Assembly (NCBI GenBank): GCA_040220235.1
Contig: JAVJTO010000063.1
Reading direction: 5' to 3' (one strand)
Source of the DNA: Coleofasciculus sp. B1-GNL1-01
Lineage (GTDB): Bacteria > Cyanobacteriota > Cyanobacteriia > Cyanobacteriales > Coleofasciculaceae
Length of the DNA: 64,000 nucleotides
This document shows, one piece after another, positions 41,201-49,945 of the stretch. Within the stretch, counting starts at the first letter, position 1, and each line of letters begins with the position of its first letter. Made by a program: the position numbers and the translations under genes. The notes beneath the pieces were generated by a model that saw only the letters and a program-made list of their open reading frames with translations, did no database searches and was not told where the DNA came from.

Positions 41201-41417
41201 CAATTTCCGACAGTTCCGTTTCTAAGACTTCCGTAACCAAGGCTTCAACCCGTTGAGCATTGGCACCAGGATAGGCAGTTTTAACCACGGCGGTGCGCGA
41301 AATGAGTTCTGGATCTTCTTGCCGGGGTAGGGATTGAAAGGACGAGATGCCCCAGGCAATAATCATGATAATCGTGAGAATGAGTAAGCGAATATTGCGA
41401 TAAAATGGGCGAACCAT
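38250..41417 (-). CDS. RND efflux transporter permease subunit (AcrB/AcrD/AcrF family)
   Basis: LPRQEDP, YPGA, GLIIALGLLIDNAVVV, LTTTITTMVGFIPL. The likely start is the ATG at 41417; the upstream extension comes from tandem repeats. Confidence 0.95.
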   Translation of the reverse strand: MVRPFYRNIRLLILTIIMIIAWGISSFQSLPRQEDPELISRTAVVKTAYPGANAQRVEALVTEVLETELSEIEEIKTLESNSRVGFSTVSVELVDQVTNTQPIWSKVRDELDDASAQFPAGAGVPELDEAKIKAYTIIASITWNQSDEPNYAVLRRYAEALAVLMRGVEGTQEVELFGDPNEEIVVEVNAPDLVAVGLSPQQLANQVNLSDAKVTAGQLRSPEQNLTIEVESELETLEQIRQIPIQTSTNGQFTRLSDIAQVNRGIRQPPTDLALVSGKPAVVLGILMKSGLRIDHWATDVRQQLDAFSDRLPQGIRLDLIFDQSEYVEQRIGSLLSNLIFGALLVVAVALVGMGWRSALVVGAALPLTVFAVFGWMTVVGVPIQQMSVTGLIIALGLLIDNAVVVVDEIQVEMQAGENPLSAVTKAVNYLKVPLLASTVTTVLTFLPIYLLPGPAGEFVGSIALSVILSLISSLALSLTIIAALAGRMLAHSRAKAAQFEHQRQSQRNVFQSMLLVLMQPGAWWNEGLSSPRLGRVYRWTLNRITAKPLLGIALTMLVPLIGLITARTLDEQFFPLVDRDQFQIEVEFAPQTAIAHTQTQMLQAREIILAHTNVEDVHWFIGESAPKFYYNFTGSRQNQSHYAQAMVQLNSAQGAQSLIHQLQQELDREFPSARILVQQLQQGPPYNAPVEMRIYGASLQELRRLGMEVRRILAEVPDVIHVRDDLSEALPKLGLYVDDEQAKQAGLNNTAIAQQLEAYLEGAVGGSILEATESLPVRVRLTNTDRADLSQIASLDLRPEQANDRDFRPTSALGEFNLLPELANIARREEQRVNTVQAFITAGVLPATVLSDLQHQLKARNVELPPGYRYEFGGEYAERNQAVGNLLLYVPLLVLVMMTALVLSLGSFRQAGIIAVVAMGSIGMAQFSLWAFGSLMGFMAIVGTMGLVGIAINGAIIVLSAFNEDERASQGDRQAVVEVVIKATRHVLTTTITTMVGFIPLLISGGSFWQPLAIAIAGGIGGSPILALYFTPAAYLLLHRREHQSKPRTLSLQN

Positions 41418-41470
41418 GTTGGTAATTAGGGAACAGGGAACAGGGAATAGGGAATAGGGAAATTTTCTCC

Positions 41471-42871
41471 TCAACCCTGGATAACACCGATGGGACGAAC
41501 CTTTTGCCCAGGTACGAGTCGATGAGTCCCATTAGCCACAATGCGATCGCCAGCTTGCAATGTGCCTCGGACTAACACGCGATCGCTCTGTTGATGCAGA
41601 ATCTCGACGGATTGCTGTTGGATTTCGTAGAGTCCTGGCTCTGTATTCTCAGATTGAGTTAATACATAACAGATCCATAGTCCCCGAATTCCTTGACTGA
41701 GCGCTTCTGTGGGTAGCCAATATCCCTGTGTGGGAATGGTTTCAATTAAATCCACCCGCACGGTTTGTCCCGGATTAATCTGAGAAATCGCCGAACGCTC
41801 TAAATCCAACACGACGACTTGAGTGCGAGTGTCTGGGTTGACTTTTGGCAAGATGGAGGAAACCGTCGCCGTGTACCTCTCAGAACCAATCTGTACGGTT
41901 TGAGAACTCCCGATTGGTAACGAGTTCGCCATCCCTTTGGGCATACCGATACGAGCTTCGGGAGCGGCATTTTCGACCAAATTAATCACCGACTGTCCCG
42001 CTCTCACCACTGTCCCTTCATCAACGTGGCGGGTTGCCACAATTCCGGCAAACGGTGCTTTAAGGGTACTTTTGGCGATGGTTATGTCTAAATCGGCAAT
42101 TCTGGCATCAAGCTGATGCACGGCGGCTTGTTGAGCGGCAATTTGTTCCCAACGGGTGCCATTGAGCAATTCTTCGAGGTTACTGCGGGCTTGTTCTAAC
42201 CGCGCCTCTAATGCTTGGGCGCCATAGGTATATTCATCGAGTTCTTCTTTCGAGATTGCCCCCTCACGATACAAAAACTCCCGCCGCTGGCGCTGCACTT
42301 GTTGCAGTTTGAGTTGCTCTTCTAAATCGCGCACGGCGGCGCGGGCGGCATTAATATCTTCTGGGCGAGGACCGGCTTTGAGTTCCACCAGTTGAGCTTG
42401 AGCGCGGGCTTTTTCGGCGTTAAGCTGTTGACGCTGGGTTTGTAGATTACGGGTATCAAGGCGAGCCAGGGGTTGTCCGGTTGCCACGCGATCGCCTTCT
42501 TTGACTAAGACTTGGACGAGTTCCCCACTACGCTCAAAGCCCAAATCGCTGGCTCGTAGTGCCGCAATTTCCCCGGTATAGGTGCGGGATACCTGATAGC
42601 TATCGACAGGTTGAACCGTGAGTGTTTCTACGGGTAAAATCTGCGACGCCCTAGATTCCACGGTTTGCGGTGCTTGATTCGTTAGACGCCAAGTGGCAAT
42701 TGATATCCCAGCCAGCAATAACACGCCTGTCGCTCCTAATATGACGAGCAAACGGGGATGCTGACGGCGAAACCGTCTCCAGGTATTAAATGAGCCAGAA
42801 GAGTCAGCCGCAGATGGGTCAGGCGATAGGAAGTGTGAAGTCATAGTATCTAACATAGGTCTATAAATCAT
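41471..42871 (-). CDS. RND efflux periplasmic adaptor (MFP) subunit
   Basis: N-terminal TM, lipoyl halves (VLVKEGDRV; LKAPFAG), alpha-hairpin, G.H.LVPGQ.V. Confidence 0.93.
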   Translation of the reverse strand: MIYRPMLDTMTSHFLSPDPSAADSSGSFNTWRRFRRQHPRLLVILGATGVLLLAGISIATWRLTNQAPQTVESRASQILPVETLTVQPVDSYQVSRTYTGEIAALRASDLGFERSGELVQVLVKEGDRVATGQPLARLDTRNLQTQRQQLNAEKARAQAQLVELKAGPRPEDINAARAAVRDLEEQLKLQQVQRQRREFLYREGAISKEELDEYTYGAQALEARLEQARSNLEELLNGTRWEQIAAQQAAVHQLDARIADLDITIAKSTLKAPFAGIVATRHVDEGTVVRAGQSVINLVENAAPEARIGMPKGMANSLPIGSSQTVQIGSERYTATVSSILPKVNPDTRTQVVVLDLERSAISQINPGQTVRVDLIETIPTQGYWLPTEALSQGIRGLWICYVLTQSENTEPGLYEIQQQSVEILHQQSDRVLVRGTLQAGDRIVANGTHRLVPGQKVRPIGVIQG

Positions 42872-43101
42872 TCAAACGTTTGTTTTAATTAAGCCCAATA
42901 TATCTAAATAACCGTTGCTAGCCGTGGCTGTCTCCACTAAGACTTGTAAATGGCTGATGATTGGCTCAACTAGAATGCCTTCAGGGTTTCTTATCAGCCC
43001 ACACTGACTTAGGGTTCAACATAGGGGGCTAACCTTGAGAGGGAACAAGCCAGTACCTTTGATTCAAACGTTCGTTTGATAATATTAAAACGTATGTTTG
43101 A
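42872..43101. promoter_or_regulatory. Three TetR (PsrA-box-like) operators TCAAAC-N4-GTTTGA in the divergent promoter region
   Basis: 43064-43079 TCAAACGTTCGTTTGA (perfect arms); 43086-43101 TAAAACGTATGTTTGA; 42872-42887 TCAAACGTTTGTTTTA. Confidence 0.75.
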
Positions 43102-43313
43102 AACAATTGCAAGAGTAAGGATAAAAAATCTGCTCTAGCCCTTATTGAACGGGACTTCTAGGAAAAATAGTCCTTTAGGCTAGATCGAGTCATAGGTTTA
43201 GTCGAATATGATATCATGTCCGTCATTGGCTTCTACCTGGCTCTTTCCCTTCTGTCCTCTGCCCTCTGCCTTCTGCCTTGTTTTCACCGAGTCAATATTT
43301 AACCGGACAGACT

Positions 43314-43958
43314 ATGAATCCCCCCATTCAGACCGATACAAAAGAACAGATTCTCAATGTGGCAGAACGGTTATTCGCCAATCAGGGCTTTGCGGGGACT
43401 TCGCTTCGCTGTGTCATTCGTGAAGCAGGAGTCAACTTGGCGGCGGTTCACTATCACTTTGGCTCGAAAGAAGAATTATTTCGTGCTGTTGTATCTCGAA
43501 TAGCCAAACCCGTTGTCGCGGCTCAACTCGAACGACTTGCCCATTGCCAAGCCCAGAATGATCCACCCAGCGTTGAAGCGATTCTGGAAGCCTTACTCAC
43601 GCCTCCCCTGCAAATTGTGCTAAGTTGCAAAGAACACGGCATGAACCGCGCTCAGTTTATGGGGCGTTGTCGCACTGAACCTGAACCCATTCAAACGATC
43701 GCACGGCAGGAATTTCAAGCAAGTCATCAAGTTTTTCTCGACACACTCCAGCGATCGCTACCTGATCAGTCTCGAACCGAACTCTCCTGGAAATTCGATC
43801 TGGCGATCGCCGCATTAATTCGAGTGGCGACTGAGGCGGGAAAACCCAATGCTCTTCTCCAAGGTGATTCACCTAAACATATTCACCTGACTGTTTCACG
43901 GTTGGTTCATTTTTTGACGCCAGGAATACGCGCTGATTCTACTCATAGGAGGATCTAA
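43314..43958 (+). CDS. TetR/AcrR family regulator, PsrA-like
   Basis: TKEQILNVAERLFANQGFAGTSLR..IREAGVNLAAVHYHFGSKEEL; divergent from the RND operon. Confidence 0.92.
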   Translation: MNPPIQTDTKEQILNVAERLFANQGFAGTSLRCVIREAGVNLAAVHYHFGSKEELFRAVVSRIAKPVVAAQLERLAHCQAQNDPPSVEAILEALLTPPLQIVLSCKEHGMNRAQFMGRCRTEPEPIQTIARQEFQASHQVFLDTLQRSLPDQSRTELSWKFDLAIAALIRVATEAGKPNALLQGDSPKHIHLTVSRLVHFLTPGIRADSTHRRI

Positions 43959-44265
43959 ATTCAAAAAATTAGAAGCTGAGGTATAGGATTCTTCTTGAAG
44001 ACCCAGTTGCAGTCTAATGTAGAACTTTCTTTTTCACCAATCTCCCCATCTCCCTCTCACCCCCTCACCCTCTCACCCCATCTACTCTATCTGCTATCTT
44101 TGAACGCAGCTTGGTATTAGTAGCGAGCAAGATGCAAAGCCTGCGGCATGGCTTCGCTAAACGCACTACAAGGATTACGCAATTCTTGACTGACATTAAG
44201 GTTTAAATGCCAAATAGCTTACGGCAATGCTGTAACCCTACTCTAACCCAACGAGAAATAAAGCA

Positions 44266-47200
44266 CTAATTCACCCGTTGTATATTGGTTCGCTTCGGGT
44301 CAAGAATTTTCTGCCCTAAACTGGGGAATTTAACCGCAATACTCACTTTATTTCCCGAACCAAAAACATGGGTCACTTCTCCGACGCCAAAGGTGTCATG
44401 ACGCAGTAAATCACCTTTTTTCCACTCTTTCGAGTTTGCCGTTGAACTCGAGGATTTTGACGGATTTACAGTTGAGGCAGAAGGCGTTTGCTGTTTCACT
44501 TTCACCAAGGTACTGCTAATTAAGTCTTCAGGTAACTCATCTAAAAACTGAGACCGAACCGCTGGTTCACGATACCCATAGAGGCGACGTTCCCGGGCGT
44601 GGGCAAGAAAGAGTTGTTCTTGGGCGCGAGTAATTCCTACATAACAGAGACGGCGTTCTTCTTCTAAAGCAACCGGGTCATCTATCGTCCGGTTATGAGG
44701 GAAAAGTCCCTGTTCTAAACCCACCAGAAACACAACCGGAAATTCTAATCCTTTAGCCGAGTGCAGCGTCATTAACGATACCGCTTGTTGTCCATCTTCC
44801 AAATTATCTAAATCAGACGCCAGAGACGCATTTGCCAGAAATCCTTCTAGGCTGGTATCATCATTTTCTTCCTGAAATTGAACGACAGCATTATAGAGTT
44901 CATTGATATTTTCCAATCGGTTTTCCGCTTCGTCTGTGCCTTGGTTTTTTAGGTCATCAATATATCCCGATTCCTCCATGATAAACTTAATAATTTCTGC
45001 GGCTTCTAAGTTTTCTGTATTCTCTTGGCACTGCTTAATCAATTGGGCAAACCGATTAACCGCTTTAGCCGAACGTCCCGCAATTGTATTGACCGAGGTT
45101 TCATCCCGGATAATTTCCCAGAGGGGAGTTCCCAATTCTTGAGCCGCCAGCACTAAATTATCAATTGTGGCTTTACCAATACCCCGTCGTGGTGTATTGA
45201 TAATTCGCAATAAACTGACAGTATCACTGGGATTGGCAATCGTTCTTAGATAGGCTAAGGCATCTTTAACCTCTTTGCGATCGTAGAACTTCAATCCCCC
45301 GATAATCACATAACGCACTCGACCGCGCAGCGCATCTTCTAACGGACGAGATTGGGCATTCGTCCGATAAAGAATAGCAAAACTGCCCCAGCCTAGTTCT
45401 GGGTTTTGTTGATTCAGTTTCAGAATTTGTTGAACAACAAAATGAGCCTCTTCTAACTCATCCTCGGCGTGATGACAGTAAATGGCTTCCCCAAAACCGC
45501 GTGTGGGCTTTAGGATTTTGTCAATTCTCTGGGTATTTTGTTCAATTAAATAGTTAGCGGCTTGGAGAATATTTTCGCGCGAGCGATAGTTTTCCTCTAA
45601 TTTAACCATGGTGCGGGTCGTTTCATCAGGCAACCCATCACCAAAGTCTTGCTGAAATCCCAATAAGATGGTGAAATCTGCCATCCTAAAGGAATAAATT
45701 GAGTTATGGACTAGCATACGATTCGCTATATAAGTATGAGCCACATCGACTTCTAGGTCATACACGTCTCCCTCATACTCATCTTGCCAAACTTGCTCAA
45801 TTTCCACCTCTGTTAAGGTATCATCCACCTCGACTAGCACTTTCATTCCGGGGTGGAGATGAGATAAAGGCATAAAATAATAACTTGTGCCACTAATTAA
45901 GGCTTTGCGTTGAATTTCCAGTTGACCTGCATCTGCAATAGAATGCGCCATAGTTACCGCTTCTTTGTAGGAAACTCTCGCGGTTTCAACTCGATACCCC
46001 CGGCTATTTTTCCCAGAACGAATGGAAAAGCCAGCCGCTTCTAAGTTGGTTGCAATATCACGACGATTAGAACACCATTGAATGCGGTGATAACTCGCCG
46101 ATTTTTTATTGTCTAATCGAGGTGTACCAAACATAACCAGATTCAATGTCTGTCGGCGCAAACCATTCTGAGGACGGTAGTGGGGAAAGTCGGGATGCAG
46201 CCAGAGATCCTGCATTAATCGGTGAGCGTTGGTGATGGTATCAATTTCTTGGTATAGGCGAAAAATCCACTCATCATTCAGGCGCATGCGCCGACCTTTA
46301 CCATGAAATACTAGCGTTGGCAACCCATATTTAGCCGCATAATAGGCTTCATAGTAAGCCGCTTCTTCATAAGACGTCGTGGTTTTCAGTACCCAAAGCT
46401 TATCCCCATTTTCTTGGGCAATACGAACTTTAAAGCCGAGTTCATCGCATCGATAATCATTGTGACGTGAACTTTTAGTGATGCCGATGCGATAGCCGCG
46501 ATCGGCTCGGTACATCAGATATACATAATAATGTCCTTCAATGGGTGTCATTCTGGCAAGAACAATATGATGAGGTGTTCCCCGTAATACCTGTTCACCT
46601 GCCCGAATTGACCAGAGAGTTCCACAAAAGTATCCTTTTTGGATATGAGTGATTTGATGCGGGTAAAGTTGTTTTTGTCCGGTTGGTGATAGAACTTGGT
46701 CTCCCACGTTCAAGGTTTCAATGGGTTTCTCTCCGGCGGGGGTCAAAACCTTAGTTCCGGGTGGAAAACACTGATCGGCATCACCGACGACGAATACGGA
46801 GCGATCGCGCCAATCCCATTGGGTTTTTTCTGGTTCGCCGTTTGTGGTTAATAGGTGTACCAGTTCGTACTGAATCCGGTTGGTATCTTGATACTCATCC
46901 ACGAGAATATGGCGAAATTGATTGTGCCAATATCCCAGGACGGATTCGTTTTGTTGGAAGAGTTTTACGGGGACTAAAATTAGATCATCGAAGTCCAGAG
47001 CGTTATTCGCCGCTAACTGGTCTTGATAATGATGATAAACTTCAGCCGTAACTCGACCTCTATAATTCGATTGTTCTTTTTCAAAGGCTTGGGGCGATAA
47101 GCCTAAGTTTTTGGCATTGCTAATCGCGTAGCGAATGGTTCGGGGGTTAAATTTTTTATCGTCTAGGTTTAATTGTTTGGTGACGATGGTTTTAACCAGC

Positions 47201-47670
47201 GTTTGGGCATCGGATTCGTCAAAGATGGAAAAATTACGCTTCCATTGGCGTCCTTTTTCATCGGTATATTTATTGATGTCATAGCGGAGAATCCGGGCAA
47301 ACAGGCTATGAAACGTACCAATCCACAAGGGTTTAATGTATTTTTTATAGACACGCGATCGCAATTGGGTTTGTTCAAGTTCTGGAAGTAACTCCAAACG
47401 CTGACCCCGTGTTTGGGCGGCGAGTTGCTGGGCGAATAGGGTTTCAATCCGGGATTTCATCTCCCGTGCGGCTTTATTGGTAAAGGTAACCGCTAAAATG
47501 TTTTCGGGATCGACTTTATGGGTGAGAATCAGATTGGCGATGCGGTAGGTTAACGCCCTCGTCTTACCCGAACCCGCCCCCGCCACAACCAGCAAGGGAC
47601 CGCAGAAATGTTCGACGGCGCGACGTTGAGAGGGATTGAGGTGCGTCAGAAAGTCAGTTGATTGAGTCAT
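44266..47670 (-). CDS. pcrA: ATP-dependent DNA helicase PcrA/UvrD, intein-containing
   Basis: AGAGSGKT, TFTNKAA, DEYQDTN, GDADQ|intein|SIYSFR, LEENYRS, TLHSAKGLEF, EERRLCYVGITRA, C-terminal Tudor-like domain. Confidence 0.95.
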   Translation of the reverse strand: MTQSTDFLTHLNPSQRRAVEHFCGPLLVVAGAGSGKTRALTYRIANLILTHKVDPENILAVTFTNKAAREMKSRIETLFAQQLAAQTRGQRLELLPELEQTQLRSRVYKKYIKPLWIGTFHSLFARILRYDINKYTDEKGRQWKRNFSIFDESDAQTLVKTIVTKQLNLDDKKFNPRTIRYAISNAKNLGLSPQAFEKEQSNYRGRVTAEVYHHYQDQLAANNALDFDDLILVPVKLFQQNESVLGYWHNQFRHILVDEYQDTNRIQYELVHLLTTNGEPEKTQWDWRDRSVFVVGDADQCFPPGTKVLTPAGEKPIETLNVGDQVLSPTGQKQLYPHQITHIQKGYFCGTLWSIRAGEQVLRGTPHHIVLARMTPIEGHYYVYLMYRADRGYRIGITKSSRHNDYRCDELGFKVRIAQENGDKLWVLKTTTSYEEAAYYEAYYAAKYGLPTLVFHGKGRRMRLNDEWIFRLYQEIDTITNAHRLMQDLWLHPDFPHYRPQNGLRRQTLNLVMFGTPRLDNKKSASYHRIQWCSNRRDIATNLEAAGFSIRSGKNSRGYRVETARVSYKEAVTMAHSIADAGQLEIQRKALISGTSYYFMPLSHLHPGMKVLVEVDDTLTEVEIEQVWQDEYEGDVYDLEVDVAHTYIANRMLVHNSIYSFRMADFTILLGFQQDFGDGLPDETTRTMVKLEENYRSRENILQAANYLIEQNTQRIDKILKPTRGFGEAIYCHHAEDELEEAHFVVQQILKLNQQNPELGWGSFAILYRTNAQSRPLEDALRGRVRYVIIGGLKFYDRKEVKDALAYLRTIANPSDTVSLLRIINTPRRGIGKATIDNLVLAAQELGTPLWEIIRDETSVNTIAGRSAKAVNRFAQLIKQCQENTENLEAAEIIKFIMEESGYIDDLKNQGTDEAENRLENINELYNAVVQFQEENDDTSLEGFLANASLASDLDNLEDGQQAVSLMTLHSAKGLEFPVVFLVGLEQGLFPHNRTIDDPVALEEERRLCYVGITRAQEQLFLAHARERRLYGYREPAVRSQFLDELPEDLISSTLVKVKQQTPSASTVNPSKSSSSTANSKEWKKGDLLRHDTFGVGEVTHVFGSGNKVSIAVKFPSLGQKILDPKRTNIQRVN
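45703..46770 (-). mobile_element. Intein (356 aa) in helicase motif III
   Basis: Starts CFPPGTKVLT, has block B T.HH, block F VYDLEV and ends LVHN, followed by Ser. Removing it restores GDADQ-SIYSFR. Confidence 0.95.
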
Positions 47671-47797
47671 GGCTAGCTGAGGCAGAAGGGTAAGAGTTTG
47701 GCTATGTTAGTACAGGGTATCTTATCTTGAGGCAAGACTGTATCGGGGAGAAGCCACCCGACAATTATGATACTGTTGGTAATTCCTGTAGTTCTCT

Positions 47798-48457
47798 ATG
47801 ACCAGCCATACCCCAGCGCCGAATACAACCCCTAGTCTCATTTCCCCAGCAGTTACTCCCAAACCTGCCCCAGAAACGCCTCCTGTCAAACTAGGAATTA
47901 TGGTATCGGGAAGTGGTAGCAACTTTGAAGCCATCGCCCAAGCGATCGCAGATGGGCAACTCCATGCTCAAATTCAAGTGATGATCTACAATAATCCTGG
48001 GATCAAAGCCCTCGCCAGAGCCGAAAAATTCGGTATTCCCACCGTTCTCCATAATCACCGGGATTACAAAAAACGGGAAGCCCTCGATGCTCAAATTGTT
48101 GAGACATTGAGACAGTATCAAGTTGAACTCGTGGTTATGGCAGGTTGGATGAGAATTGTCACGCCAGTCTTGATTGATGCATTTCGCGATCGCATCCTCA
48201 ACCTTCATCCTAGTCTACTACCCAGTTTCAAAGGCATTCACGCCGAAGAAGAAGCCTTAGCCGCTGGGGTGAAAATTACCGGATGTACCGTTCACTTAGT
48301 TAGCCCAGAAGTCGATAGTGGACCCATTTTAATTCAAGCCGCCGTTCCCGTGCTTCCTGACGACACACCAGAGACGCTACACGCCCGAATTCAAGTCCAG
48401 GAACATCGTATTTTACCCCAAGCGATCGCCCAGCTCGTAGTTGCGCTTCAGCGCTAA
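47798..48457 (+). CDS. purN: Phosphoribosylglycinamide formyltransferase
   Basis: SGSGSNFEAI, AGWMRIV, NLHPSLLP, GCTVHLV, VDSGPI. Confidence 0.97.
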   Translation: MTSHTPAPNTTPSLISPAVTPKPAPETPPVKLGIMVSGSGSNFEAIAQAIADGQLHAQIQVMIYNNPGIKALARAEKFGIPTVLHNHRDYKKREALDAQIVETLRQYQVELVVMAGWMRIVTPVLIDAFRDRILNLHPSLLPSFKGIHAEEEALAAGVKITGCTVHLVSPEVDSGPILIQAAVPVLPDDTPETLHARIQVQEHRILPQAIAQLVVALQR

Positions 48458-48635
48458 AAATCCTAGCATCGCCTACTATAAACCTTGATCGGAGCGGGTT
48501 TATTGCCATCGTATTAGCAAAACCCGATTATTGGGAAACCCGCCCCTACCAGCTAACTGGAGTTTAGACTAAAAGGAAGGGGAAAACGATTACCTGTGAC
48601 AATTGCGTAAGTCCTGAGAGTGAACTTGGGTACAC

Positions 48636-48923
48636 TTAAAACAACGATTCTAAATCCCGATACCCACTCACCACCCGCACAATTTCCACGCCATCCTCAA
48701 TCACTCGATAAAGAATGATGTAACCTAAGAGAGGAACACCCCGTAACGACGGTTCAATGTCAGCATAAGAACGCCCTATATTAGGAAACTTCACCAAGTT
48801 CTTACATTTCTGCTCAAACCCATTTACAAACCGTTCACCAGCCGCTAGACTCCGACTCAAAAAATAATCAGAAATCTCATCTAAATCCTGACTCGCTTCT
48901 GGAGAAATAATGTAACGGCTCAT
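48636..48923 (-). CDS. parE: Type II toxin, ParE/RelE family
   Basis: YIISPEASQDLDEI...FPNIGR...YIILYRV....VEIVRVVSGYRDL; overlaps the antitoxin stop. Confidence 0.9.
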   Translation of the reverse strand: MSRYIISPEASQDLDEISDYFLSRSLAAGERFVNGFEQKCKNLVKFPNIGRSYADIEPSLRGVPLLGYIILYRVIEDGVEIVRVVSGYRDLESLF

Positions 48924-49195
48924 TCTTGATTTTCACCCGCTTTGTGAAGCTTCTCCCGCAACCTAGCAATCACCACCTCCCCATCAATTCCTTCTCCTCT
49001 ATCAAGTTGTGCAATACCAACCGCTACTTTCCCCCGCGTTTCTTGCAGCCATTTTTGATACTGATTATCGCGTTCTTCAAGTAATCGCAACGCCTCAACA
49101 ATCACCTCATAAGCGCTTCCATACTTGCCACTTTTGAGCCTTTCTTGAATCAACTGCTCCTCTTCTGGTTTAAATGTAATATTCATCCTCTCCAA
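48920..49195 (-). CDS. parD: Type II antitoxin, ParD (RHH) family
   Basis: MNITF...I...LKSGKYGSAYEVIVEALRLLEE...GIAQLDRGE. Confidence 0.88.
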   Translation of the reverse strand: MERMNITFKPEEEQLIQERLKSGKYGSAYEVIVEALRLLEERDNQYQKWLQETRGKVAVGIAQLDRGEGIDGEVVIARLREKLHKAGENQE

Positions 49196-49351
49196 CCCCC
49201 TAAAATCATTAACTTTATTGTACTAACTGCTCAAAAATTCAAAATTTGTGCTAAATTCTCAGCAATTCTCTCCTCCAACTCCCGCGCTCTCTTATCAAAG
49301 CTAATCGAAAAATTAAAATGGCTTCAAAAAGTCGGGGATCTATCCAAGGAT

Positions 49352-49945
49352 CTACGCTTCAACCTCTCGATGTCCTAACTTCCAGAGGAAACTAGACAGC
49401 CAATTGGTCGCCACATGAGCCACAATCGGAACCAGCAAATTCCCTGTACCGACAGCACTAATCCCCAGTAACACTCCCACAATCGTTGCCCAAACCACAT
49501 AGGGCCACTGTTGGGAACCACTCAAATGTAAAACGCCAAATACCAAGCTAGAAATAATCACACCCACGGCATTCAAACCAATGGCGGGTAACATCACTCC
49601 CCGAAATAACAACTCTTCACTCATACCTGGAAGTAACCCCAACCAAATCAAATCCGGTAATACCAACGGCTTTAAAACCAAGTTGAGGTAAACGTCAGCA
49701 CTTTTACGGTAGCCTGACCAGAGGCGATAGACTACGCTGCTCATCGCGGTAATTCCCACGCCTATACCTAATCCGATGAGTAATCCTTCTACAGTAAAGT
49801 CTAGGGATAACAGTGTCACCGACCCAAATCTCAGCCAGAGTTTAGCCACGACGAGTAAAACAACCGCCGTTATCCCCATGGCAACTAATACTTGGGTGCG
49901 GGTGAGGGAGTCAAAGTCAGGGTTATCGGGAAGCTGTTTAGTCAC
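49352..49945 (-). CDS. CPBP (Abi/CAAX) intramembrane metalloprotease
   Basis: EELLFRG, FGVLH, AHVATN motifs. Confidence 0.92.
   Translation of the reverse strand: MTKQLPDNPDFDSLTRTQVLVAMGITAVVLLVVAKLWLRFGSVTLLSLDFTVEGLLIGLGIGVGITAMSSVVYRLWSGYRKSADVYLNLVLKPLVLPDLIWLGLLPGMSEELLFRGVMLPAIGLNAVGVIISSLVFGVLHLSGSQQWPYVVWATIVGVLLGISAVGTGNLLVPIVAHVATNWLSSFLWKLGHREVEA

Noticed and set aside
41418..41474. N-terminal extension MRRKFPYSLFPVPCSL of the RND ORF
   Set aside because: Translation of an intergenic heptamer repeat; the ATG at 41417 is the better start.
48636..49195. parDE as part of a novel system or prophage
   Set aside because: An ordinary standalone type II TA pair; no integrase or phage genes nearby.
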